From contig JAXMGO010000007.1 in assembly GCA_046347255.1 (NCBI GenBank), forward strand, positions 18,031-82,030: 64,000 bases of DNA, in the 5' to 3' direction. This DNA comes from Steroidobacteraceae bacterium. Lineage in GTDB: Bacteria > Pseudomonadota > Gammaproteobacteria > Steroidobacterales > Steroidobacteraceae. Positions 52,128-61,015 of this stretch are shown piece after piece. The position numbers and the translations under genes were made by a program. The first letter of the stretch is position 1; each line of letters begins with the position of its first letter. The notes below the pieces were generated by a model that worked only from the letters and a program-made list of their open reading frames with translations, made no database searches and was not told the origin of the DNA.

Positions 52128-54328
52128 GGTGCGTTGGCTTCCTTCTTGCGGAGCTGGGTGGCGATGGTACGCGTGACCTTGAGGACGTCGGGCATGCGGC
52201 GCACGGTGCGCATCACCTGCGCGAGGTGCTGGCGGTCGCGCACCTCGAGCACGAACACGATCACCGATACGTCCGGATCGCGCTGCTCGATCGTCACCAT
52301 GTTGATGTTGGTCTGGGTCGCGGCGATCGCGGCGGAGAGCGCCGCCAGCATGCCGACGCGGTTGATGACGCCGACGCGGACCTCGGAGAGGAACTGGCGC
52401 TTCGGGCTCGCCTGCCAGGTGACCGGCAGCCAGTTCTCCGGCCGCTTGCGGTAGTCCTCGACATTGGCGCAGGTCTCGCGGTGGATGACGATGCCGCGGC
52501 CGCTGCTGAGGTAGGCGAGGATCGGATCGTCCGGCACCGGGTAGCAGCAGTGCGCGTAGCTGACCAGCAGGCCCTCGGTGCCCGCGACCGCGAGCGGCGC
52601 CGGCGCGCCGGCCGCCGTGCCGGCCCCCGCGGCCGCCGCCGCGCCCTCGAGCGGCGCCAGCCGCCGCGCCACCAGCGGCGCCAGGCGCTCGCCCAGGCCG
52701 ATCTTCTCGAACAGGTCCTCGGTGGTCCCGATGCTGAATTCGGCGAGGGCCGCCTTGAGCAATTCCGGCCGGATGTCGTCCAGGTCGGCCTTCATCTCGC
52801 CGAGCGCCTGCTTGAGCAGCCGGCGGCCGAGGTCGACCGCCTCGCTGCGCCGCAGGTTCTTCAGGTAATGGCGGATCGCGGTGCGCGCCTTGGCGGTGAC
52901 GACGAAGTTCACCCAGGCGGGATTGGGCGTCGCGCCCTTGGCGGTGATGATCTGCACCGTCTGGCCGTTGCGCAGCACGGTGCGCAGGGGCGTGAGGCGC
53001 CGGTCCACCTTGGCGGCGACGCAGCGGTTGCCGATGTCGGTGTGCACCGCGTAGGCGTAGTCGACCACGGTGGCGCCGCGCGGCAGCCGCATGATCTCGC
53101 CCTTGGGCGTGAACACGTAGACCTTGTCGGGGAACAGGTCGACCTTGACGCTCTCGATGAATTCCTCGGAGCTGCCGCCGGCCTGCATCTCCATCAGGCT
53201 CGTGAGCCATTGGCGCGCGCGTTCCTGCTGCGCCGAGCCCTCGCCGCTGTGCTCCTTGTATTTCCAGTGCGCCGCGATGCCGGATTCGGCCACGCGGTCC
53301 ATGTCCTCGGTGCGGATCTGCACCTCGATCGGCACGCCGTTCGGGCCGAACAGCGTGGTGTGCAGCGACTGGTAGCCGTTGACGCGCGGGATCGCGACGT
53401 AGTCCTTGAAGCGCCCCGGCATCGGCCGGTAGACGCCGTGCACCACGCCGAGCGCGCGGTAGCAGGTGTCGCCGGTGTCGACGATGATGCGCAGGCCGTA
53501 GACATCGACGATCTCGGAGAGCTGCGAGCGCTTGCTGAGCATCTTCTTGTAGATGCTGTAGAGGTGCTTCTCGCGCGCCTCGACGCGCGCCTGCATGCCG
53601 GCCTTGGCGAGCGCCGCCTCGAGCTGCGCGCGGATCTTGCCGAGGAATTCCTTCTGGTTGCCGCGCGCGCGCTTGAGCGCGCGCTCGATCACGCGGTAGC
53701 GGTGCGGATAGAGCGTGCGGAAGCCGAGGTCCTCGAGCTCGAGCTTGATGCCGTACAGGCCGAGCCGCTCGGCCACCGGCGCGTAGATGTCGAGCGTCTC
53801 GCGGGCGATCTGCCGGCGCTTGGCCGGCGCCATCGCCTCGATGGTGCGCAGGTTGTGCGTGCGGTCGGCGAGCTTGACCAGGATGACGCGCAGGTCGCGC
53901 ACCATCGCCAGCAGCATCTTGCGGAAGCTCTCGGCCTGCGCCTCCTGGCGGTTCTTGAAGCGGATCTGGTCGAGCTTGGTGACGCCGTCCACGATCTCGG
54001 CCACGTCGTGGCCGAAGCGCTGCTCGAGCTCGTCCTTGGAGATCGGCGTGTCCTCGATGACGTCGTGCAGGATCGCGCCGACGATGGTGTCGGCGTCGAG
54101 GTGCAGCTCGGCGAGGATCGCGGCCGCGGCCACCGGGTGGGCGATGTAGGCCTCGCCCGAGAGGCGCTTCTGGCCGCGGTGCGCCTGCGCGCCGAACTCC
54201 GCGGCCTTGTCGATGCGCTCGACCTGTTCGGGCGGCAGGTACTTCGAGCAGGTGGCGAGCAGTTCCTTCAGGCCCGGGGTGCGACGGGTACCTGGCAGCA
54301 GTCCAAGCAGCGAGGACGCATAGTCCAT
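52124..54328 (-). CDS. spoT: bifunctional (p)ppGpp synthetase/hydrolase
   Basis: 734 aa. HD hydrolase domain (HD…ILHDVIEDT), synthetase, TGS and ACT regions. Conserved spoT-rpoZ-gmk neighbourhood. Confidence 0.9.
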   Translation of the reverse strand: MDYASSLLGLLPGTRRTPGLKELLATCSKYLPPEQVERIDKAAEFGAQAHRGQKRLSGEAYIAHPVAAAAILAELHLDADTIVGAILHDVIEDTPISKDELEQRFGHDVAEIVDGVTKLDQIRFKNRQEAQAESFRKMLLAMVRDLRVILVKLADRTHNLRTIEAMAPAKRRQIARETLDIYAPVAERLGLYGIKLELEDLGFRTLYPHRYRVIERALKRARGNQKEFLGKIRAQLEAALAKAGMQARVEAREKHLYSIYKKMLSKRSQLSEIVDVYGLRIIVDTGDTCYRALGVVHGVYRPMPGRFKDYVAIPRVNGYQSLHTTLFGPNGVPIEVQIRTEDMDRVAESGIAAHWKYKEHSGEGSAQQERARQWLTSLMEMQAGGSSEEFIESVKVDLFPDKVYVFTPKGEIMRLPRGATVVDYAYAVHTDIGNRCVAAKVDRRLTPLRTVLRNGQTVQIITAKGATPNPAWVNFVVTAKARTAIRHYLKNLRRSEAVDLGRRLLKQALGEMKADLDDIRPELLKAALAEFSIGTTEDLFEKIGLGERLAPLVARRLAPLEGAAAAAGAGTAAGAPAPLAVAGTEGLLVSYAHCCYPVPDDPILAYLSSGRGIVIHRETCANVEDYRKRPENWLPVTWQASPKRQFLSEVRVGVINRVGMLAALSAAIAATQTNINMVTIEQRDPDVSVIVFVLEVRDRQHLAQVMRTVRRMPDVLKVTRTIATQLRKKEANAP

Positions 54329-54347
54329 GGCACCGGCGGGCCGGCTC

Positions 54348-54644
54348 CTAGAGCTCGCGCTCCCCGATCAGCCCGAACTGCGGCGCGCGGAACAGCGCCT
54401 CGTTGTCGGCATCCGGCACGGCGGCCTCGGGCTGCGGCGGCCGCTCCACTTCCTGCAGCATCTCCGGCGTGATGGTCCCCGCCGCGATCTCGCGCAGGGC
54501 CACGACCGTGGGCTTGTCGTTCTCCAGCGGCACGGTCGGCTCGGCGCCATTCGCCAGGCGGCGGGCGCGCTGCGAGGCGAGCAGCACGAGCTGGAACAGG
54601 TTTTCGACGTTCTGCAGGCAGTCTTCGACGGTTACGCGTGCCAT
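54348..54644 (-). CDS. rpoZ: DNA-directed RNA polymerase subunit omega
   Basis: [30 protein letters not shown] canonical omega N-terminus. Confidence 0.9.
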   Translation of the reverse strand: MARVTVEDCLQNVENLFQLVLLASQRARRLANGAEPTVPLENDKPTVVALREIAAGTITPEMLQEVERPPQPEAAVPDADNEALFRAPQFGLIGEREL

Positions 54645-54708
54645 GGCCGTGCCAAATTCCTGAAATTCGAGGGTTTTCGGCCTTTCAGTCTAAGCGAAGA
54701 CGGCCGGT

Positions 54709-55329
54709 TCACGCCAGCAGGCGGGCCACGAAATCCGCGATTCCGGGCCGGTCGGTCCGCTGCTGCGCACCGTGGCCGTCCAGGATGGCCGCGAGCTCCG
54801 CCACCGCCTGCTCGAAGCGGTCGTTGACCACCACGTAGTCGAACTCGCTCCAGTGGGACATGTCGGCGACCGCGTCGGCCAACCGGCGGGCGATGACCTC
54901 CGGGCTGTCGGTGCCGCGCCCCCGCAGGCGCTGCTCCAGCGTGGCGCGCGAGGGGGGCAGGATGAAGATGCTGGTGCAGGCCGGGAGCGCCGCGCGCACC
55001 TGGCGCGCGCCCTGCCAGTCGATCTCCAGGATCACGTCCCGGCCGGCGGCGAGCTGCGCCTCGAGTTGCCGCTGGCTGGTGCCGTAGCAGTTGTCGAACA
55101 CGCGCGCGTGCTCGAGGAAGTCGCCGGCCGCGACCATCCGCTCGAAGCACGGCAGGTCGATGAAGTGGTAATCGCGCCCGTCCACTTCGTTGGGGCGCTG
55201 GCGGCGCGTGGTGTGCGAGACCGAGACCGCGAGGTTGGCGCGCGCGGCGAGCAGCGCCTTCACCAGGCTGGTCTTGCCGGCGCCGGAAGGCGCGGAGATC
55301 ACGTACAGATGGCTGGTCGGACGGCTCAT
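54709..55329 (-). CDS. gmk: guanylate kinase
   Basis: P-loop SAPSGAGKTSL and conserved Gmk body. Confidence 0.9.
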   Translation of the reverse strand: MSRPTSHLYVISAPSGAGKTSLVKALLAARANLAVSVSHTTRRQRPNEVDGRDYHFIDLPCFERMVAAGDFLEHARVFDNCYGTSQRQLEAQLAAGRDVILEIDWQGARQVRAALPACTSIFILPPSRATLEQRLRGRGTDSPEVIARRLADAVADMSHWSEFDYVVVNDRFEQAVAELAAILDGHGAQQRTDRPGIADFVARLLA

Positions 55330-55997
55330 GGTCGCACCGCAGTGTAGCAACGGCATTCGGGCGTCGCCCGCGAGGCCGTACCGGCCGGCGGCGCGGCGGC
55401 AGGCGCAGGGGCGATCGCCGGACGATGAAGCGCTGACTCTGCTATATTCCTCGCCCGCTCGCCGCAGCCCGCGGCGGCACCCGAACGGGAAAGCTGTTGG
55501 CCAAGACTCCGAACTATCGCCAGCAGAAGCGCCAGAGGGAACTGACGCGCATGTCGCGGCAATCCGTCAAGCAGCAGGCGCGCCGGCCGCGTGCCCCTGA
55601 GGATGCGAGCCCCGCGTCCGACGCCGCCTCCCCCGACGTCCGCCCGGAACCCAAGTGATGGCCGGCGCCGCGGACCAGGGGGCGCCATGGTGACCACGAT
55701 GATCATCCTGCTCGCGGCCAGCAGCGCCTGGCTCTGGTGGCGACTCACCTGCGCCAACGGCCTCAACGCCGAACTGCGCTCCGAGCTGGCGAAGTTGCGC
55801 CGCAAGGTCCAGGCGCGCGGCTAGCTGGCTGGCCGCGTCGACGGGCACGCCGGGCCAGCATCCGCTTCGACTCCGCCGCATCGGCGGCTCATTCGATGTT
55901 CTGCACCTGCTCGCGCAGGCCGGCGCCAAGATTCTGATTTATCGGCACAATGTCTTATTCAGAATTGGTCCAGCTACATAGCTAGCTACAGAGCAGG

Positions 55998-57116
55998 CTA
56001 CGCTTCTTCGGTCCACTGGTAGCGCACCCTCAAGTGGTTCAGGCGATTGTATGGAACCAGCTTTTCGTGCTGAAGCCTGCCAACAACGATGCTTGGCGCA
56101 ATTCCTATGGAATTCGCGAACTGAACAATTCCAGGTTCGGTAATCGCGAGATTAGACGACACGAATTCGGACCACTTATTTGGAGGAATGAGGCGATTTC
56201 TGGAGAACTCGTTCGCTTCCTGTTCGTGCTCCTCCGTCATTCCGGACTCTTCCAAGAAGAGGATTTTCTTGCCGTGCAAGGCAATGTGTCCGCACTCGTG
56301 GAAGAAGGTGAACCACAGCACGTCGTCGCTAAGTTGTCGGACACTAAGTTGGATTAGCGCCTTGTTTGGGGAAAGCCAGCGAACGGCCCCACTAATCGGG
56401 CAGCCCTTAGGGGCCCTCACGATTACTACAGCGACGCCACACTCCGCGAAAAGTTTCCTCAATTTCGGAACGTAATCCGAGGGTTCCCTCTCCACCGTCA
56501 TGGCGCGAGCTTCTTGAACCGCAGCCATGAACTTGTCTCGATCAAAGGGCGCGCACTCAACGTGGCTGGCCTGCAATTCGCCTGCTCGTAGCCAAGCAGC
56601 TACAGAACCCTGTTTGGCCTTGACCTTTTCCGATGCTCGATAGGCCGCGCCCTGAACCTCTTTGACGCAGTGCTCCTGCCATGCGGCAACGGATGCGACG
56701 CCAAAATAGCGGAGGCATTCCTCGACGACAGCCGCCGATCTGCCGGCGGTCTTGATCCAGCCAAATTTGCGCATGTCCAGCAGCGGGAGTTGATCCAGCC
56801 AAGAGACGCTTTGCTCAAGTTGCTCCGTGGCTTCCTCACGAGCTTTGGCTTCCTGGAATCGGGCATCACGGCTAAGCCAGAAGGCTGCAGACGTTCCAAG
56901 GGCCTTTTCCAGAGCAAGCGCCGTTCCCGGAGTGATCGCGACTTTTCCGGCAATCAATTCGTTTACAAACTTCGGCGTGACACCCATGCGCGTGGCCAGC
57001 TCGTTTTGCCGAAGCGCTCTCTCTTCAAGTAAGTCGGCCAGGGTGTCCCCGGGTGGGCTCAGCGAGGAAGGGCGGTACTGGGTTTCGATGTGGTGCTCAG
57101 TCATGGTAGTTGCCAA
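55998..57116 (-). CDS. XRE-family HTH protein fused to ImmA/IrrE-family (COG2856) zinc metallopeptidase; HigA-like antitoxin/regulator
   Basis: N-terminal HTH (…LRQNELATRMGVTPKFVNELIAGK…), C-terminal HEXXH (FFHECGHIALH) with downstream E. Overlaps the upstream HigB-like gene by 20 nt. Confidence 0.75.
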   Translation of the reverse strand: MATTMTEHHIETQYRPSSLSPPGDTLADLLEERALRQNELATRMGVTPKFVNELIAGKVAITPGTALALEKALGTSAAFWLSRDARFQEAKAREEATEQLEQSVSWLDQLPLLDMRKFGWIKTAGRSAAVVEECLRYFGVASVAAWQEHCVKEVQGAAYRASEKVKAKQGSVAAWLRAGELQASHVECAPFDRDKFMAAVQEARAMTVEREPSDYVPKLRKLFAECGVAVVIVRAPKGCPISGAVRWLSPNKALIQLSVRQLSDDVLWFTFFHECGHIALHGKKILFLEESGMTEEHEQEANEFSRNRLIPPNKWSEFVSSNLAITEPGIVQFANSIGIAPSIVVGRLQHEKLVPYNRLNHLRVRYQWTEEA

Positions 57117-57450
57117 TGAAGACGACGCGGATGGCTGTGACCTCTGCGAGATTCACAGAGCCATCTGGAAGATGTGGAACCGGATTCTTGGCTGGTTCAA
57201 CAACCAACCGAAATCCCCCGGTGAGGTGAAAAGCGTACTGACCCGCCCGGTCGGCCTTGAGTGCATGAAAACGCCCCGGCAGGGACGGAGCGACTGCCAG
57301 ATGCTGAGCGGCATCCAGATCTGCTAAGCGCGCAAAAAGTTTTCTTGCGCAGGGGGCACCAAGAACACCTGTGGCAAAGGATTGGTCATGGCACAGCGTC
57401 TCCAGCTTCTTGGAGCGGAAAACTATATCCACGCAGGGTCCGCCTGTCAA
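57097..57450 (-). CDS. higB: HigB-like (RelE/ParE superfamily, 'killer protein') toxin
   Basis: 117 aa. …RFHALKADRAGQYAFHLTGGFRLVVE…VTAIRVVFIGNYHD resembles the HigB/plasmid-maintenance killer family. First gene of a two-gene toxin-then-antitoxin arrangement. Confidence 0.65.
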   Translation of the reverse strand: MTGGPCVDIVFRSKKLETLCHDQSFATGVLGAPCARKLFARLADLDAAQHLAVAPSLPGRFHALKADRAGQYAFHLTGGFRLVVEPAKNPVPHLPDGSVNLAEVTAIRVVFIGNYHD

Positions 57451-57540
57451 AGAATTTCATGCACCTTAAGGGTTATTGAAATTCTATTCCACTCCGATTA
57501 CTATGCACCGGACATGTTAATCAATTCGGAGCTGACACTC

Positions 57541-57855
57541 ATGAACATTCCCCACGACTCGGCTGAAAAGGTCGCCCAGCACAATCCTCAAGAGCCGCCA
57601 CATATCCGGCATCAGGAGCATCCGCCACACCCAGATCCCAATCTGGTTTCGGTAACCCTCAACCGCAACCCCGTGACCATTCGCCGCGGCCAGTACACCG
57701 GCGCGGAATTGAAGGCCGCCCTGGGAGTGCCTGCTGATCACGAGCTCGATCTGGTCGTGAACGGCGAGTTCAAGCCCATCGCCAACGAGGACAAACACCA
57801 TGTCCGCGGCGGCGAGGTCTTTGTCAGCCAGGTGGGGCAGGGCCAGTCCTCGTGA
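57541..57855 (+). CDS. ubiquitin-like beta-grasp protein (multiubiquitin/BilA-like Ubl) of Ubl-conjugation operon
   Basis: 104 aa. GGAG ribosome-binding site 10 nt upstream. His/Pro-rich N-terminal tail then a single beta-grasp-like segment (VTLNRNPVTIRRGQYTGAELKAALGVPADHELDLVVNGEFKPIANEDKHHVRGGEVFV), ending QVGQGQSS. Stop overlaps the start of the next gene. Confidence 0.55.
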   Translation: MNIPHDSAEKVAQHNPQEPPHIRHQEHPPHPDPNLVSVTLNRNPVTIRRGQYTGAELKAALGVPADHELDLVVNGEFKPIANEDKHHVRGGEVFVSQVGQGQSS

Positions 57856-58187
57856 CCGAGGAGGAGTCCCAGCTGCAGGGCCTGCTCTCCATCAGTGAGC
57901 AGGCTGCTGTGGTTCAGGACGGCGCGATCCTGGGTGTCTTGCTGCCCGGCATCCGCATCCAGTCTCCAGCTGGAACCGAAGTCATGGACGCCATGCTTTG
58001 TCCGCGCGGACAGGGCGGCTACGTAACGCGGCTACTGTTGGAGCGGCGGGTCCCGGGCCGAGACAACCTCAATTGGCAGCAGGTGATGGCCTTCGGGCGC
58101 AACTGGCAGACCTGGAGCTGGCAGAACGTCCCGGCCGCGCAGCCGTGGATCAACATCTTTGCCGCCCACGCGAGAGTACTGAGGTGA
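57852..58187 (+). CDS. small putative E2-like (UBC-fold) protein of the operon
   Basis: 111 aa, GTG start overlapping the Ubl stop (GTGA). Positioned where E2 sits in Ubl-E2-JAB-E1 operons. Single Cys (AMLCPRGQGG) as candidate catalytic residue. Assignment is by position only. Confidence 0.35.
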   Translation: MTEEESQLQGLLSISEQAAVVQDGAILGVLLPGIRIQSPAGTEVMDAMLCPRGQGGYVTRLLLERRVPGRDNLNWQQVMAFGRNWQTWSWQNVPAAQPWINIFAAHARVLR

Positions 58188-58702
58188 AGACACACCTCAA
58201 GATCCCGGGCTCGTTGTTGCATGAGATCCATGAGGATCTGTCTCGCCCACACAAGTTCGCGGCCGAGCGGGTCGGGTTCCTTACGTGCGGGATCGCCGAT
58301 GATGGTGGTGGGGGCCACGTTCTGCTGGCCAACCGTTGGCATAGCGTTGCCGACGAGGATTACGTGGACAACCCTCGGGTCGGGGCGGCGATCGGTGGAG
58401 GTGCGTTCCGCAAGATTCTGCAGTACGCCTACAGCAACCCCGTGAGCATCCTTCATATCCATCGCCACGATCACCGCGGCGCCCCGAGGTTCAGCCCGAC
58501 CGATTTGCGCAGCGCCAGTGAGTACGTACCGAGTTTCTTCAATGTCCAGCGCGCGATGCCGCACGGCATTGTGGTGCTCAGTCTCGACCATGCCGCCGGG
58601 CAGGTTTGGGATTTCGGGCGGTCGGCAGCCAGGCAGATTGATGTATTTCAGGTTGTGGGCTATCCGCTGATTGTGGGCTATCCGCTGAGGAAGTGGCAAT
58701 GA
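58184..58702 (+). CDS. JAB/MPN (JAMM-type) metallo-isopeptidase
   Basis: 172 aa, GTG start overlapping the upstream stop. His-rich metal site HIHRHDH…FSPTD (H-x-H…S-x-x-D) and upstream Glu (HEIHEDL). Carries the 18-bp tandem duplication listed as a repeat below. Confidence 0.7.
   Translation: MKTHLKIPGSLLHEIHEDLSRPHKFAAERVGFLTCGIADDGGGGHVLLANRWHSVADEDYVDNPRVGAAIGGGAFRKILQYAYSNPVSILHIHRHDHRGAPRFSPTDLRSASEYVPSFFNVQRAMPHGIVVLSLDHAAGQVWDFGRSAARQIDVFQVVGYPLIVGYPLRKWQ
58653..58688 (+). repeat. perfect 18-bp tandem duplication (TTGTGGGCTATCCGCTGA x2) at 3' end of JAB gene
   Basis: Read directly: copies at 58653-58670 and 58671-58688. In-frame, duplicating VGYPLI/VGYPL. Confidence 0.9.
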
Positions 58703-59523
58703 ACATCAGCCAGCGGTCCAAGCGACAGAGCTTTTTGGGCGACGATAGTGACGAGGTGTTGGCTGGCCTCACCATCGCGGTTATCGGCGCCAGCGGCGGC
58801 GGTTCCCATATTGCGCAGCAACTGGCCCACGTCGGCTTTGGGGCGGTCCATCTGATCGACCATGATCACGCGGAGGAACATCATCGTCACCGCCTCATCG
58901 GCATCAGCCGGGCCGCTGTGAAACACGCCTGGCCCAAGGTCAATGTCCTGCGGCGGCTTATGCAAAGGATTCACCCGGAAGGCCGCGTCATCATTCACCC
59001 GAAGCGCTGGCAGGAGGTCCACGAAATCCTCCGCACCTGCGATCTGGTCTTCACCTGCATTGACGGGTATCTGGCGCGAGAGGAGATCGAGCGCTACTTG
59101 CGCCGCTACCTGGTGCCGATGATCGACGTCGGAATGGACGTGGTGAAGATTGCCGCCGGCCATCAGATCCGCGGGCAGATCATCATTTCAATGCCCGGGT
59201 ACCACTGCATGCGCTGCTTCGGGTTCATTCGCGATGACCTTCTCCGCGCCGAAGCTGCAAAGTACGGGGACGCTGGCGAATTCCCCCAGGTCGTCTGGTC
59301 GAACGGCGTTCTCGCGTCGACAGCTGTTGGTATTGCGACCTCGCTGTTCCTGCCTTGGCAGAGCCGGGACAACTCCTGTCCGTACTTGATCTACGACGGC
59401 AACGCTTCCACGGTGACACCGAGTCCACGCTTGTTGCATCTGCCGGCGTCATGCCGGCATTTCGATGGCCTGGCCATTCCAGGTGACTTGGTCATGTTCC
59501 CCAATTCAACGGCCGCCGCATGA
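58699..59523 (+). CDS. E1-like ThiF/MoeB-family adenylyltransferase
   Basis: 274 aa. Rossmann nucleotide loop IAVIGASGGGSHIAQQL, LIDHD, CxxC (HCMRC). ATGA overlap with the JAB stop. Confidence 0.8.
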   Translation: MNISQRSKRQSFLGDDSDEVLAGLTIAVIGASGGGSHIAQQLAHVGFGAVHLIDHDHAEEHHRHRLIGISRAAVKHAWPKVNVLRRLMQRIHPEGRVIIHPKRWQEVHEILRTCDLVFTCIDGYLAREEIERYLRRYLVPMIDVGMDVVKIAAGHQIRGQIIISMPGYHCMRCFGFIRDDLLRAEAAKYGDAGEFPQVVWSNGVLASTAVGIATSLFLPWQSRDNSCPYLIYDGNASTVTPSPRLLHLPASCRHFDGLAIPGDLVMFPNSTAAA

Positions 59524-59760
59524 GCGCCGGTGGGGGCATGGCACCGAACTTAAGATGCCTCGCGGGTGGGTAGCAGAGGTTTGATCGTACGTCAGACGAG
59601 GAAGTGTCCGCCGCCGGTCAGTCTTGACCCGGCATTTCAAATGGCCGCCATACGGACTTTCATTTGGCGGACCCATAACCCTGCAATCAGCCGACCCGGC
59701 GACATCAAGGAGAGGTTCCCCTAGCGCAAACGGGTGTATTGAGTAAAAATACTCAACACC

Positions 59761-60966
59761 GTGAGCAAACCGAAACCCGACTTCCAGCGCCCCCAAGCCG
59801 CCGCGCTCGCCGCCCGCCTCGCCGAGCCGCGCCGCTTCGTCCAGGTGGTCGCGGGCCCCCGTCAGGTCGGAAAATCCACGCTGGTCCAGCAGGTCACCGG
59901 CGGGCTCGATGTGCCGGTGCGCTACGTCAGCGCCGACGAACCGACGCTGCGCGCCGCGGACTGGATCGACCAGCAATGGGAAGCTGCCCGCCTCGAAGGC
60001 ACCGGCAAGTCCGGCTCCGTGCTCGTGCTCGACGAAATCCAGAAGATCCCGGCATGGTCCGAGACGGTCAAGCGCCTCTGGGATGAGGACACGCGCAAGA
60101 AGCGCCCGCTCAAGGTGGCGCTGCTGGGCTCGGCCCCGCTGCTCATCGCCCAGGGGCTGACAGAAAGCCTGGCCGGCCGGTTCGAGACGCTGCGCCTGCC
60201 GCACTGGTCGTTCAGTGAAATGCGCGAGGCCTTCGACTTCACGCTCGATGACTACCTGTACTTCGGCGGCTATCCCGGTGCGGCGCCGCTGGTGCGTGAT
60301 CCGGCGCGCTGGGCTCGCTACATCGCCGACAGTCTCATCGAGACCTCGATCTCGCGCGACGTGTTGCTGCTCACGCGCGTGGACAAGCCCGCGCTGCTGC
60401 GGCGACTGTTCGAGCTGGCCTGCCGCTATTCGGGCCATGTGCTCTCGTACACGAAGATGCTCGGCCAGCTGCAGGATGCCGGCAACGCCACGACGCTCGC
60501 GCACTACCTCGACCTGCTCGCCGGCGCCGGCATGGTCCGCGGCCTGCCGAAATTCGCGGGCGACGTGGCGCGCAGCCGCGGCTCCAGCCCGAAGCTGCAG
60601 GTGATGAACACGGCGCTGATGACGGTGACCGCGGGCCTGAGCCCCGCCGAAGTGCGTGCCGACCGCGAGTTCCGCGGGCGACTGATCGAGTCCGCGGTGG
60701 GCGCGCATCTGGCCAACGCCGCGGCCGCGGGGGAGTGCGAGCTGTTTTACTGGCGTGACCGGGGGCAGGAGGTGGATTTCGTCGTCCGCTCCCGCAATCG
60801 GCTGGTCGCGATCGAAGTGAAGAGTGGCCGCGCGCCGCAGGCCCATGCGGGGACGATGGCCTTCGCGGCGGCGTTCAAGGTTCGAACCTCGCTGCTGGTG
60901 GGCGGAGATGGGATCCCCGTGGAAGAATTCCTGACGCGGCCGGTCGCACACTGGCTGGCAGACTGA
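59761..60966 (+). CDS. AAA+ ATPase with C-terminal DUF4143-like domain
   Basis: 401 aa, GTG start. Walker A GPRQVGKST, Walker B VLVLDEIQ. C-terminal region typical of the AAA_14/DUF4143 ATP-binding protein family. Confidence 0.8.
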   Translation: MSKPKPDFQRPQAAALAARLAEPRRFVQVVAGPRQVGKSTLVQQVTGGLDVPVRYVSADEPTLRAADWIDQQWEAARLEGTGKSGSVLVLDEIQKIPAWSETVKRLWDEDTRKKRPLKVALLGSAPLLIAQGLTESLAGRFETLRLPHWSFSEMREAFDFTLDDYLYFGGYPGAAPLVRDPARWARYIADSLIETSISRDVLLLTRVDKPALLRRLFELACRYSGHVLSYTKMLGQLQDAGNATTLAHYLDLLAGAGMVRGLPKFAGDVARSRGSSPKLQVMNTALMTVTAGLSPAEVRADREFRGRLIESAVGAHLANAAAAGECELFYWRDRGQEVDFVVRSRNRLVAIEVKSGRAPQAHAGTMAFAAAFKVRTSLLVGGDGIPVEEFLTRPVAHWLAD

Positions 60967-61015
60967 CGCCATGACCGCGACTCCAATGGCCTCGCAATGA
61001 CCGCACAGGAGCTCG

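Noticed and set aside
55496-55660. Short basic ORFs between gmk and the island
   Set aside because: Initially read as a conserved small protein, but careful re-indexing showed the frame does not hold. No support.
55687-55824. 46-aa ORF MVTTMIILLAASSAWLWWRLTCANGLNAELRSELAKLRRKVQARG just downstream of gmk
   Set aside because: Has a plausible TM plus amphipathic tail but no ribosome-binding site or conservation evidence. Could equally be noise in an intergenic or island-boundary region. Left unannotated.
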